Shown here one piece after another: positions 1-12,106 of a DNA stretch of 64,000 bases; the stretch's first letter is position 1, and every line of letters starts with the position of its first letter. The stretch is from Felis catus. Its lineage: Eukaryota. Made by a program: the position numbers and the translations under genes. The stretch is from assembly GCF_018350175.1 (NCBI RefSeq), contig NC_058370.1, positions 136,276,001 to 136,340,000 on the forward strand, read 5' to 3'. The notes beneath the pieces are model-generated. The model did no database searches, was not told the DNA's origin, and saw nothing but the letters and a program-made list of their open reading frames with translations.

Positions 1-477
1 GTATTTTTGAAAATCAATAAAAATTAATACTAATGCTTCTGGAATGAATAAGGGGGAGACCAGGCTACATTTTACTTTCTAGGCATTGTGCTGAGTGTGC
101 AGCCTGGCGGGGAGACGGGTGACCACAGCACTCGTGAGCACCGGGAAGGGTGCTTGTGAGCCCGGGCATAGACCGTGGTTCTGGTCCGGCTCCATTATCG
201 ACAACAGCAAGACCTCTGAACGGGACCGTCTGTTCGGGCCGGGCCGATGCTCAAAGAGGAAGGTTCTTTTTTCGTGCAGATTTAGGTTTAATTGCTTTGG
301 AAAATGTTGTCTAAATTAAGTTTTTAAAAAAAGAAAGTCTGAGGACTGTTTGAGGTGCCGTTTGATGAGGAAACACATGGCCAAAACCACTCCTTGCTGC
401 TGGACCCCGCGAGGCGGTTTTTCTCTCTGCTCTGCAGGGTCTCACGGAGAGCCAGCTCCTTCTGGGGGTTATGAGGC

Positions 478-523
478 AACTGGAATGTACTCTGGAATGT
501 ACTGGAATGTACTGGAAAGTACT
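478..523. repeat. short tandem repeat, about 4 x ACTGGAATGT
   Basis: actggaatgt actctggaatgt actggaatgt actggaaagt act. Confidence 0.85.
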
Positions 524-1367
524 GAGAAGGGAGAAATGTGCGACCACTACCGTTACCCAACCAAATCCGACAGCGCGTCCATTTGGACTGATGTCATTTC
601 CTCTGTCTCACACCCTCTCCCCTTTCCCACCAAGCTCCAGGGTCCAACCCCAACATCCCTACCACCTTCCTTCCACTCAGAGTCAAGTATGACCTCACAG
701 ATCCTCATGGGCTTTATTTATGCCTGTTTGTTAAGACTCTCCACAACCACGCAACCCCTGATATGTCAAACACCATGGCATTCAAACACACAACTCTGCT
801 TCCTCCGGGATCACTGTCTTCCCCTTCTCTGGAATTCTCTGGAATAGCAGAGGCTGGCTGGGACCCCGGCATTGTACGTGTGCATGTACGTATTTCTCAA
901 TTGTTTGTTTGCATTATGGAAACGTGTGGAGAATTATATCCAAAGAATGGAGGGTTGGCTTGGGTGCAACGGAGTCTGATCCACTCGTGCAGATATCTGT
1001 AAGAAAAGATCACATAAATGAAGAACTGGTCGAGAAGAGGTTTGCATGGGACGTGCAATTTCTATAGAAATTCAAGTCACTCGAAAGCATAATGCATCAT
1101 GTTCAGTCTTCCCTTGGCTGCTAACAACAGGTGTCTTCCCTATCACGTGGGGGCAGAGAACAAGATATGTGCTTGAAACACCATTAGCATTGTTAAAACT
1201 GATCACTGCGTTGAGAGGAAAATAGGTTTCTTGAATGTATAGATATGGATTTTTCTTTGCACTGGAAAACCATTGGCGTGGTATTACTTTGGCATCAATG
1301 ACTCAACTAATGATGTGAGTCTCTATGCGTGCTCTTTGCCTGGGTTAATGTTACGGGGCCTTTGCCA

Positions 1368-2170
1368 GATGCATTTCCCTGCCTATAAAAGAGGCTGAAT
1401 GACTCTTCATGCATTTATTAGCTGCTGGGTCTTCTTTCCCTATGGAGTATCTAGAGACAGTCATTCTGGTCTTTTCTATCGGGCTATTTGTGTTTTTAAT
1501 TGATCCGTAAATGTTCTTTCTGAATTTTGGACACAAATCATTTGCCATTTATAGGCACCACAGATACTTTTTCTGAAGTTTAAGCTTTGCTTTCCAAACT
1601 TCATGTTGTTTTGGGATTGACACGATTATTTTTAATTTTGATAGAATCTGTTTAGGATGCTTTTATTTGTAAGTGCTTCTTCTGTGTGTTTTATAGGAAA
1701 CCCTCTTTCCAGGGTTACAAAGATATTTTTCTAATGTTTATTCTAATTTTGATTTTTCTAACATTTATTCTCATTTTGTTTTTTAAGTTTTCCCTTCACA
1801 TGTTAAGACTTTAAGGACTTCAGTTCTGTGTATGCTACAGGAGAGGGGTTCCATTTCGTTTTTTTAATGTACTTATTTTTGAGAAAGAACAAGAGAGCGA
1901 CAGAGAATCTCAAGCAGGCTCCGCACTGTCAGTGTGGAGCCTGACATGGGGCTCGATCTCATGAACTGTGAGATCATGATCTAAATTGAAATCAAGAATT
2001 GGACACTTGACCAGTCGAGCCACCCAGGCGCCCCTAAGGTTCCATTTCATTTTTATTTTGGCCAATTTAGCATTTCCTGAATAACCTACTTATTCTAGTC
2101 ACTCTTCAATATGAGCCTTATCTTTATCTTGATTTCCTTAATTTCCCAGATCTGCTTCTGGCCTCTTTGT
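1368..2170 (-). mobile_element. ancient L1 (L1M-type) ORF2 3' fragment, interrupted by a SINE
   Basis: atgcatttccctg...ttcatgcatttattagctgc...tatttgtgtttttaattg resembles antisense L1 ORF2; decayed ORF 1351-1548 (NKCMKSHSASFIGREMHL) resembles the L1 ORF2 C-terminal region. Confidence 0.7.
1859..2034 (-). mobile_element. CanSINE (older subfamily)
   Basis: ends gagccacccaggcgcccc; TSD ggttccatttc(g/a)ttttt on both sides. Confidence 0.93.
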
Positions 2171-2180
2171 TCTTTTACTA

Positions 2181-2410
2181 TTTTTTTTTAATTAAAAAAA
2201 AATTTTTAATGTTTTTATTTATTTTTGAGACAGACAGAGACAGAGCATGAGCAGGGGAGGGGCAGAGAGAGAGGGAGACACAGAATCTGAAGCAGGCTCT
2301 GGGCTCTGAGCTGTCATCCCAGAGCCCGATGTGGGGTTCGAACTCACGAACCGCAAGATCGTGACCTGAGCTGAAGTCGTACACTCAACCGACTGAGCTA
2401 CCCGGGCACC
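2181..2410 (-). mobile_element. CanSINE (felid SINEC_Fc type)
   Basis: T-tail, (GA)n, body cagagcccgatgtggggttcgaactcacgaacc, head gagctacccgggcacc. Confidence 0.95.
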
Positions 2411-2440
2411 GCTAAAGACAATTTCAATTTAAAATATATA

Positions 2441-3305
2441 TAGTGAAACTTTGGATTGTAACTTGTTCTGCAAGACAAGCAAACATTTCTAATAAATTTT
2501 CACTTGATGAATGAGCAATGTCTTGCAATAGTATTACATGACACCGAATGTCACACGATCACAACTGAGCCAGTGGTTCGTCTCTCTCTCTCTCTCTATC
2601 TCTGTCTCTCACTCATTTGCTGCAGGATCGTGGGTGATCATCTCCCATGCTCCACTGCTTGGTCGCAGGCCGCAGTGTCTGGCAGAGATCAGTGATTTTT
2701 CAGAACACTGGGAGGTGCCCACAATTGGCACTGGTGTATTTTTGTCACGTCAAAGCACCTGTGGACAGTCCTCTGCTGTTCACACAAGAGTGAGCTTAGG
2801 AATGGTTCGCTTCATTCTAGGTCAGGCTGCCTGCGGATATAGACCCTTTCCTCTGCTGCCTTATTGCCACTTACAGTAAATACAGTCTACGACAAGAGTT
2901 TATCACTACTGTGCTGTAGTCAACATCCGTGCAAGTGTGTCCATGGCCCCCATGCAGAAAAAGATTCCACTGAGCCAATACATAGCAGTGATTCCGTTAG
3001 TGATAATGGAAGTCGTCCTACGCAATAACCCTTCTCTCTCATGTCTCCCTCACTCCAACCACGAGACTTTTCAAAGGGAAGTACAGGCTGATTTGTTTAT
3101 TTTCTTTATATTTTGTATTTTCTTTATTATTCTGTATTATACTGCAGTATTGTAATCCTTTTTATATGAATATTTGGGGTTGTGGAACGAATCATCTGAT
3201 GATTCCCCATGATTTCTTATGGGGAAATTCGCTTTGATATCCAAGTGCTTTGGATGCCAAGCATGTTTCTGGAATGAATAATGCTTATAAGCCAAGGTTT
3301 TACTG
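2441..3305. mobile_element. non-autonomous Tc1/mariner Tigger-type DNA transposon
   Basis: imperfect TIRs TAGTGAAACTTTGG (2441) and CCAAGGTTTTACTG (ends 3305), each flanked by TA; internal sequence resembles recalled Tigger-type elements. Confidence 0.8.
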
Positions 3306-3319
3306 TACCTAAATTTCTA

Positions 3320-3441
3320 GGGGCACTTGGTGGCTCAGTTGGTTAAACATCTGACTCTGGATTTCACCTCAGGTCATGGTTTCAAGGTTGTGGGATCGAG
3401 CTCAGAGCTGGGCTCTATGCTGGGTGTGCAGTCTGTTTAAG

Positions 3442-3476
<35 letters not shown>

Positions 3477-3518
3477 TCCTCCCCTTGCTGGCATGCAGGA
3501 TCTCTCTCTCTGAAAAAA

Positions 3519-3553
<35 letters not shown>

Positions 3554-3555
3554 AA
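3320..3555 (+). mobile_element. CanSINE (older) with (CT)n and (TAAA)n tail
   Basis: gggcacttggtggctcagttggttaa head; CT tract; AATAAA repeats. Confidence 0.93.
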
Positions 3556-3607
3556 CATTTATCCAAATAAAATATATACCCCTTCCATTAAAAAATAATT
3601 TAAAGAA

Positions 3608-3814
3608 GGGCACCTGGGTGGCTCAGTCAATTAAGTGTCTAACTTCGGCTCACACCATGATCTCGCGGTTTGTGGGTTCAAGCCCTGTGTTGGGCTCTAT
3701 GCTGACAGCTCAGAGCCTGGAGCTTGCTTTAGATTCTGTGTCTCCTTCTCTCTCTGCCCCTCCCTCCTCATGCTCTGTCTCTCTCTTTCTTTCTCTCTCT
3801 CTCTCAAAAAAAAA
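3608..3814 (+). mobile_element. CanSINE (SINEC_Fc type)
   Basis: gggcacctgggtggctcagtc head, CT tract, A tail. Confidence 0.95.
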
Positions 3815-4495
3815 GTAATAATCATTAAAAATAATAACTTAAAGAAATTAAATCCTGAAATTGAAATCTAATTACACTATCAAAAAATTCTCAATATAAA
3901 ATGACCTGTTAAAAAATATAAGAAATGACAAAATAAGAGATTTATTTAAATCCAGAAAATTGAGTTAGCATCTCTATGTTTCTACTGGATTATGAATAAC
4001 CTTTCAGAAACTTTGTTTCTTTAGTAGAGAAATGAGCATAATAATTTTACTGGAAGACTTTCTTAAGATAAATTAATCCTAAAAGACATACAGTATTTAT
4101 CTCATTACCTCAAATACAGAAAGTGGCCAACAGATACTCATTTTCTTTCTCCTTTGACAGAATCTATAGCAGTTTATATGTTACGAGACATTAAGGATAA
4201 ACCTACGCTAGTCGTGCTAGAAAGAGACAACTGGAATCAGAAAGAAGAGAGAAAAATCAGTGGTGTACCTGAGAAATTTGTGGGTTATGTGTGTGGAGTG
4301 TGATAATGCTTTCGTGGAGTCTCGGCCCTGGGAACTAAGGTGGGGCTTGTCTACACTGAAGATTGCTTTGGCCTGAAGCCCCTAAAGATGGTGTTTCTTC
4401 TGCGGACCTCACTCTAGTTTTTATTGAACTTCCTGGGGGAAGAGAGTCTTCAAGTACAATGAAACTCCAACATCTTAGATAGGAAGTAGATCTGA

Positions 4496-4647
4496 NNNNN
4501 NNNNNNNNNNNNNNNNNNNNNNNNNNNNNNNNNNNNNNNNNNNNNNNNNNNNNNNNNNNNNNNNNNNNNNNNNNNNNNNNNNNNNNNNNNNNNNNNNNNN
4601 NNNNNNNNNNNNNNNNNNNNNNNNNNNNNNNNNNNNNNNNNNNNNNN
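4496..4647. other. assembly gap (N)
   Basis: run of N. Confidence 1.
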
Positions 4648-5019
4648 GAGAGGAAAGAAAGAAGGAAAGGAGGAAAGGCAAAAAGACAAGAAATCCAAAG
4701 AGAAAAGGGGTACCTAAGAAGTAAAGACTCATAAAAGAACATCTCACACGGACTGAAGACCTAACACTTTGGCTGAGGATCAGGTGTGTCTTTGGCTCTG
4801 ATACTGAGCCATAATGGGATCCCCTGCTGGTATTAACCGGGAGTCTGAGTCCTTGAGTTTCTGTGGGGGCTGAGTTTTATGATCCTCGGTGGCCTGGGCC
4901 AGAGAGCTGTCATAGAGATGACCATGGCTTCTCTAAGCCACAGGGGCTTTAAACTAGGGCACAGTAGGTACAGAGATTTTTATGGAAAGGACATATATCA
5001 CTTCAGGGAAGAAATTGCC

Positions 5020-5251
5020 NNNNNNNNNNNNNNNNNNNNNNNNNNNNNNNNNNNNNNNNNNNNNNNNNNNNNNNNNNNNNNNNNNNNNNNNNNNNNNNNN
5101 NNNNNNNNNNNNNNNNNNNNNNNNNNNNNNNNNNNNNNNNNNNNNNNNNNNNNNNNNNNNNNNNNNNNNNNNNNNNNNNNNNNNNNNNNNNNNNNNNNNN
5201 NNNNNNNNNNNNNNNNNNNNNNNNNNNNNNNNNNNNNNNNNNNNNNNNNNN
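5020..5251. other. assembly gap (N)
   Basis: run of N. Confidence 1.
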
Positions 5252-5399
5252 ATTATTATGCACCTCAGCATTTGCATGTGTCCTATCTTCTCAAGACAGA
5301 AACTTACTGAGAATCATGGAAGAGACAATGGGTTATTAGTTTCCAGCTGGGGATGTGTCAGCTGGGAAGGCCATGGCTAAGATCCAGAAGTCACATGCA

Positions 5400-5562
5400 T
5401 TGAACATTTACTTTGTGCTGGAAACTTTACCTACATTGTTTCATTCAAAACCCTATGAGAAGATAAATGATTCCCATGGCATAGATGAATAAACTGAGGT
5501 TAGGACAATGAAAAAAGAACTCCGCCAAGCCCACAGTTTGGAACGTAAGAGAGCCATGATTT
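5400..5562 (-). mobile_element. MIR relic
   Basis: aaccctatgag...atagatgaataaactgagg...ccaagcccacag resembles antisense MIR core. Confidence 0.7.
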
Positions 5563-6021
5563 CCACGGAAGGTGAACCCCATTTTTTCTCCACGAGGCTC
5601 CCTCTGGTGGCTAGCTTCATGAGGACAGAGAGCCCACTGGGTCGATGGGAGAGGATCTCTCAGGCCAAGAGATAATAGAGTGGGGCCGGGGCAGAGATAG
5701 AGAGCAGGGCAGGTTTGGGAATGAGAGTCAAAGGGAATTCTGGAATCCTCAGAGGAGGTGCTCAGAATCCAGTGAGGAATGCGGGGGAGGGGGGATGAGC
5801 CCCTCTCAGCCTCCGCGGGAGACCTGTCCTTGCCCAGGACTCTGCTACCCTCACCCGCCACGCATGGAACTCCGGCGTCTTTTGTTCACCTCCCGAGTTC
5901 GCAGCTGATTGCAACATCTGCTTGCAAGGCACAGTTCCAGTGAGTGCAAATATGCTGCGCTGAAATTAAATAAATATCGAGACACACTTCTGCTCCTACC
6001 CCCTCATTCTCCTCCCATTAC

Positions 6022-6285
6022 CTTGGTTCGAATCGTAATGGTTCGAGTGCGGGGAGTCCCGGTAGCTCTCTTAATTTCGTCTGTTAGGGAAGCCACTCTC
6101 CAACCATCACAATCCGGCTTACTCGGCTCCAAAAGACACAAGCAGCTACGGCAGACGAGAAAAATGTGAGAAACCACTCTTGCAGGGGAAGCACACACGG
6201 TACAACAGAAGCATCTTCGAACGATTGGCATCTTTCCTGCTTCTGTTAATTTATCACGGACGCTTAACGTGCTTTCACGGAGCAC
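6022..6285 (-). other. candidate internal exon of an unidentified transcript (264 nt, open in phase 0)
   Basis: branch point CACTAAC, acceptor tctttcccacagcag, donor AAG|gtaatg; 88 codons without a stop; no recognised homolog. Confidence 0.3.
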
Positions 6286-6739
6286 CTGCTGTGGGAAAGA
6301 TCGTGTGTTAGTGCAGTTCCCGGGCTGCCAAATCAAACACAATGGAATAAAAGAATGACCAAAAGAAGGTTCTCTCACGAAGCCACATAGTTATACAGAA
6401 GGGAGGGAAGCGTACAAATTTTTTGAATGATGCAACAAAGTCACTCGATGGAAGCGATGTAGATAAAGGTGACGTACGGATAAAGCCCTCCCTGGACGCA
6501 GAGCCGAGATTAAGTTCCCTTGGAGGACGACACAAAGAGGACTTCAGATGAAATTCTGAGGTGAGGATTCTTTTGGAAGATCTTGATGAGAAGACTTTCC
6601 ATCAGTTACTACTCTGTTTCCCAGGTCCCATGATAGAGCACATCGATTGCTTGCCAGCCACACCTGACGTAGGCTCATGATGACACTCTCTTCTTAGCAC
6701 TCGTGATCACCTAAGACCTAAGGGGTTTGCACATCTACT

Positions 6740-6870
6740 CACTTGGCCCCCTATTACAATTAAACAGTGATCGTTATGAGAACACAGGCTTTGCTTTCGA
6801 TTATTCCCAATGCCTTGGATAATGCTTTGCGCAGAGTAGATACTTGACACTTGTGTGGCTGGAAGGGAGC
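6740..6870 (+). mobile_element. L2 3' end relic
   Basis: tattcccaatgccttggataatgctttgcgcagagtagatacttgaca resembles the L2 terminus. Confidence 0.55.
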
Positions 6871-7177
6871 CAGTTAAAGTCTGTGCCCCCTGCACCCCTC
6901 AGAGTAAAGGGGGGGGGGGGTCTTTGTACCTGACGTGGCAGATTGGAGTCAGGGACTTTGCGGTGCAATCTCCTCTGGGGCATGAGGACCCCTGGACGCC
7001 TGACATCTGAGCAGAGTCCTGCATGGAGAGAAGTCATGGGGACAGGATGTCTCTCCCAGGCCCCCGAGAGCATCTGCACACATGATATAAGCTTTACTGT
7101 GCCTGCCTCCATGGTGCAATGGGACCTCAAAACATAACTTACCTTGAGTTAAGGAATAACAAGGAAACTTGCTAAAA

Positions 7178-7398
7178 TTTTTTTAAAACTTTTATTTAGT
7201 GTTGAGAGAGAGAGAGAGAAAGAGAGACAGAGTGTGAGCAGGGGAGGGGCAGAGAGAGAGGGAGACGCAGAATCCGAGGCAGGCTCCAGGCTCTGAGCCT
7301 TTGGTACAGAGTCCGACGCGGGGCTCGAACTCACGAACCATGAGAACATGACCTGAGTCAAAGTCGGCGTTCAACCAGCTGAGCCACCCAGGCGCCCC
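7178..7398 (-). mobile_element. CanSINE (SINEC_Fc type)
   Basis: T-tail, (GA)n, head gagccacccaggcgcccc. Confidence 0.95.
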
Positions 7399-8139
7399 AC
7401 AACTGCATTTTTTTTTTTACAACCAGATTTTTTAATAGACAATAAATGCTCTTGGATATTCATCCTGATGATGTGTGCAAATGTATGAAATGCACACGGT
7501 GCAGGAGTGGCCTCGTGGCTCGTGGGAACGGAGCCTTGCAGGGGCTCTGATTGACGAATTATGTAAGGACGGAGTTTGAGGTTTGCCGACGTCCAGGCCC
7601 ATGAGGAGGGTGGGCTTCAGTCTGATAAAGACCCACGGTCACAGCTTAAGCTCTCTGCTTTGCTGTTTAATGTGATGCTGGCCAGTCTGCACAATACGAA
7701 TGCCGGGAAAACACTTACTGGGTCTTGACGGTGAGTCGAGCAGCAAGGCCCTGCCCTGAAGAGAACAGAATCCCAACCGCAGAAATCGCAGTGTGTCCAA
7801 AAGGATTGGAGAACAGTTATGAAGTCATACCCATAGTTTTTTCTGGATGTTGGTGGAATGCTAATCCCTACGTCTTGAACTACATCGTGGGGATTTCTAA
7901 ATTTTGCACGATAGAGTCCTTTAAAATTACAGACTGCTTTGCTGTATTTCTTTTTCAGATTCTAAAACAGCGTGGCTATGTTGTAAAAAATGCCATAAAG
8001 AACATCTTGAATCAACAACTTAAAACTCCAGAATTGTATCCCTCGGAATTTGCCGTTACTAACCACTCCTTATTTCTTTCTACTCCTTTAACTTATGTAA
8101 GTACGCCCAAGTACACACGTATGGACAGATGCATGTGTA

Positions 8140-8590
8140 TTTTATATCACAAAGACAGCATCACTCTCTGTACACCTTGCTGAATCTTACGGTTCTCATG
8201 CAGCTGATATCATCAAACATGTCTAAGATACCCTCTACAAAATTTTTTCCCGACATTTCATTTTTAATTACTGCGTGATGTAACATCACAAGCGTGTGTG
8301 AGAATAAGTGGTTTCGGCCAATTATTTCTATTAGGCAGTTAATTTATTTCTCTGTTGCCCTTTCAAAGGCAACAACTCAGTGATGAATTTCCAGTACAGA
8401 TGTTGTTTTACACTTGTCAGATTAATTTTTTCAGACACCGTCTCAGAAGAGAAATTGATGAATGAAAGACGACATGCATTTTTAAGGCTTCCTGATGTGT
8501 GTTCAAATTGTCCTGAAGAAGGCTGGTACCAGTAACATTTTTACTGGAGTTTTAGAGTTCCTGTTGGTCCGCACCGAGGCCAACCTCAGG
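8140..8590 (-). mobile_element. highly decayed L1ME-like fragment
   Basis: catttttaattactgcgtgatgtaacatc...gaaattgatg...atgcatttttaagg...ccagtaacatttttactgg resembles an antisense old L1 3' end. Confidence 0.5.
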
Positions 8591-8946
8591 CTCTACCCTA
8601 GCTGTTCATGAAGGAGAGAGACTCAAATGGTTTCCAAAGGATATTCAAAATCTTGTTTTTGGTTAAAGAAAAAACCATCTGAACACTGAGCACTTGCTTT
8701 TTCCCAGGGTATTTTTAGGAGAATAGTTACAATTCCTGTTATGTTTGGATTTGTCCAATCCCAATATCTAATTAGTATCGTTAACAGCAAAGGCAGCAAA
8801 GCGTTGTTTTATATTCTATATCAGGAATTCTGATGTCAGTTATCTTGTTTTCAGCACAAGAGCAATGATAAAGTGAAGGTTTCGTGCTGACTTTCCTGTT
8901 ACGGTTTCCCAACCTGTAGGTTTCTGTTTTATTTCATCTCTTGAAG

Positions 8947-9156
8947 GTTGAGCATGGCTTTGAGAATGAAGTAAGTCCCACCCTCGGTCTTTCCGATGGA
9001 ACACCGGAGAATTACACGTTCTGCTTCTCCTTCCACAGCGGGAAGGACGCACTAGTGACAGAGGATGACAATCACTGCACAATGCTGCTACGAGAAGATT
9101 CCCCTCTTCTCTCAGATTTCTACGTCTTCGGTGAACACGGCCAGCTCGGTGTAGAA
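8947..9156 (+). other. candidate exon pair (8947-8970, 9039-9156) of an unidentified transcript
   Basis: acceptors tttcatctcttgaag and ttctccttccacag; donors GAA|gtaagt and GAA|gtaagc; 68-nt intron. Confidence 0.25.
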
Positions 9157-10025
9157 GTAAGCCTTCTACGAACAAACGTCAGCTCCCTCTCCTTCCTCTG
9201 GCCCACAAATCTTGTTAGACATGCAGGCAGGCTCCCTGTACTTTATGGAAGAGACAAGAAAAGACAGGCTCAGACCCCTGAGATTTCAGTGTATACTCCG
9301 GCCATTTGCTAAAGCAAATGCTTCCTGCCTCAATAGCACAGGGTGACAGAGAGACGTAAAACACGTTTCCCTAATAATGTCAGGATTTTCTGCTCATGTG
9401 ACCTGCGAGGTGAAAGCCTTCGAATTCAAGGTGAGTTCAAAGCTGTTTGAAGGGGACAGCCACGGGCCAGAGGGAGACCGAGGGCACGAGAGAGGTTGAG
9501 ATGTAGGGCAGACACAGGTGAGGAAGGAAACTGAGCCAGGGGACGGGAAGCTGGAGGAAAAGAGGAAGGTGCACACGGGGGAAAGGTCTGGAGGCACCGA
9601 ATTTGGCCTTCCACCGGGCTGGGTGATTCTGCTGGGCTGGTCATTGTATTTATGGGGCGGCCCTGTTGGTGCTGGTGCTTTTAAGAGGTGAAGTGCATCC
9701 ATAACTTTTGAGAGCACCTGGTGCAGATGTGACCCTGAGCCAGATACCGTGGGGGACGCGGTAGCGACGGGTCAGCACAAAGGCAGCCATGCTCCTCAAA
9801 GTCACCAGAGTATGACCGGAAACGCTCTCTCCTAGACAGAGGCTACCATGCAAATCGGGGTTCTGGGCCAAGCTTAACACCCACACCCATCTTCTCTTTA
9901 AGACATAATAGCAGGTGTTTGATGAACTCTGATATGTCAGGGCCTATTATATGCAAAGGCCCGTTCGCTGATGATGCAAACAAGACGAGGGAACTGTCGT
10001 TCTGGCCCTCTGGAGAACTTGGTAA

Positions 10026-10236
10026 ATGTGTACTGAATGGGCGAGCGAATGAATGAGTGAATGAATGAGTGAATGAATGAGTGCGAGAATGATGAGTGAA
10101 TGAATGAATGGAAGGATGATCAAAGGAGTGAATGAATGAAGGAGTGAATGAATGAAGGAAGGAATGGATGAGTGAATGAATGAACGAATGGATGAATAAG
10201 TGAAGGAATGAGCAAATGAATGAGTGAATGAACGGA
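10026..10236. repeat. compound (TGAA)n/(GGAA) microsatellite, probably seeded by an L2 3' end
   Basis: about 200 bp of gaat/gagt/ggat units preceded by ggtaaatgtgtactgaat. Confidence 0.9.
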
Positions 10237-10473
10237 TGGGACATTGACACTTAGTGCTTTTTAAGCCACAAATGAATATCAGATTATGAGTTCCAGGATG
10301 GGGGGGGGGCGTCCTTGTCTCTCTGGTTTTATGTCCAGAATCCACATATAATTAGACTGATATTCTCATAACAAAAGTGGAAATAATTGTGTGTTTGCAT
10401 TTCTCGAGACGTATTAGTCTTTAACTCAGAGATCATACTCTCTGGGTATGAATAAACCAAAAGCACCATTTTT

Positions 10474-11569
10474 TTTTATAACTTAACTTTATTTTTTATT
10501 CTTTTCTAAAATTTTTTTTTCTTAATGTTTATTTTTTTGAGACAGAGAATGAATGGGGGAGGGTCAGAGAGAGAGGGAGACACAGAATCTGAAATAGGCT
10601 CTGAGCTGTCGGCACAGAGCCCGACGCGGGGCTCAAACTCACGGGCCACGAGATCACGACCTGAGCCAGAGTCAGACGCTCAACCGACTGAGCCACCCAG
10701 ATGCCCCTATTTTTTATTCTTTAAAATTTACATCCAAATTAGTTGGTATATAATGAAGCAATGATTTTAGGAGTAGATTCCTTAATGCCTCTTACCCATT
10801 TAGCTCATCCCCCCTCCTACAACCCCCCTGGCAACCCTCAGTTTGTTGTCCATATTTAAAGAGTCTCTTCTGTTTTGTCCCCCTCCCTGTTTTTATATTA
10901 TTTTTGTTTCCCTTCCCTTATGTTCATCTGTTTTGTCTCTTAAAGTCCCCATAGGAGTGAAGTCATATGATTTTTGTCTTTCTCTGACTGACTAATTTCA
11001 CTTAGCATAATACCCTCCAGTTCCATCCATGTAGTTGTGAATGGCAAGATTTCACTCTTTTTGATTGCCAAGTAATACTCCATTGAATATATATACCACA
11101 TCTTCTTTATCCATTCATCCATCGATGGACATTTGGGCTCTTTCCATACTTTGGCTATTGCTGATAGTGCTGTTATAACTACGGGGATGCATGTGTCCCT
11201 TCGAAACAGCACACCTGTATCCCCTGGATAAATGCCTAGTAGTGCAATTGCTGGGTCCTAGGGTAGTTCTATTTTTAGTTTTTTGAGGAACCTCCACACT
11301 GTTTTCCCGAGTGGCTGCACCAGCTTGCATTCCTACCAACAACGCGAAAGAGATTCCGCATCCTCGCCAACATCTGTTGTTGCCTGAGTTGTTCATGTGA
11401 GCCATTCTGCCAGGTGTCAGGTGGTATCTCATTGTGGTTTTGATTTGTATTTCCCTGATGATGAGTGAGGTGGAGCATTTTGTCATGTGTTGGTTGGCCA
11501 TCTGGATGTCTTCTTTGGAGAAGTGTCTATTCATGTCTTTTGCCTATTTCTTCACTGGATTATTTGTTT
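10474..11569 (-). mobile_element. 5'-truncated carnivore/felid L1 (ORF2 C-terminus + 3'UTR) with 17-bp TSD
   Basis: frameshifted ORF2 pieces [17 protein letters not shown]... and ...[25 protein letters not shown]...; TSD CCAAAAGCACCATTTTT at 10457-10473 and 11570-11586. Confidence 0.97.
10511..10707 (-). mobile_element. CanSINE nested in the L1 poly-A tail
   Basis: SINE body ending agccacccagatgcccc, flanked by tattttttattcttt duplicates. Confidence 0.93.
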
Positions 11570-12106
11570 CCAAAAGCACCATTTTTAATGGTCCTCATCA
11601 GATATGGGAGAAGAAGAAAGCAGATCTCTGGTTCAATGAGGGGAAAAACTATAAATTCTTACCCCTTCTGATAAGGTTTAGTGCAGATTTCAGCAGTGGG
11701 AGAGAGGCATTATTTCTGATGTCTGAGAATCTGGGTTTGCCACACCCGTAAGAGCAACTCTGCCATTAGACCTTGGAGGGACTCTGCCATCAGAACTTAG
11801 CAGCACAGAGGGAATTACATGGACGAGAGAACTCCCTGGAGAGAGAGGGACAGGACTTTTCCTTGGAGCCTGGCTGGCCAGAATCGCGGCTCTTAGCTAA
11901 AGGACCTAAGTGTGCACAGGCTGGGCACTGTCATGTTCATAAGTCACCAGCCGGTTCTTCAAAGTCACACTGCAAAAGCCCTCCTTCTTACCTTCCAGCA
12001 TCTCACTTCTGCCAATGGCCAAATGGCACGTTAGAAGCAGTGTGCATTTAGTTCACTTTTAGGGTGGAGGTTAGTGGCTTCAAATAACTTAGGAGAGGGT
12101 GCTGAG

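Noticed and set aside
131-160. 12-bp stem-loop with G:U pairs (ctcgtgagcacc / ggtgcttgtgag)
   Set aside because: Too short for a pre-miRNA, and no other support.
4335-5380. Long ORFs containing X runs (also 20995-22175, 41767-42459, 44119-44376)
   Set aside because: Length is inflated by N gaps.
9843-10345. His/Ser/Phe-rich ORFs
   Set aside because: Translation of the (TTCA)n microsatellite.
10940-11534. ORFs with genuine protein similarity
   Set aside because: Frameshifted L1 ORF2 C-terminal remnants of a 5'-truncated element; non-functional.
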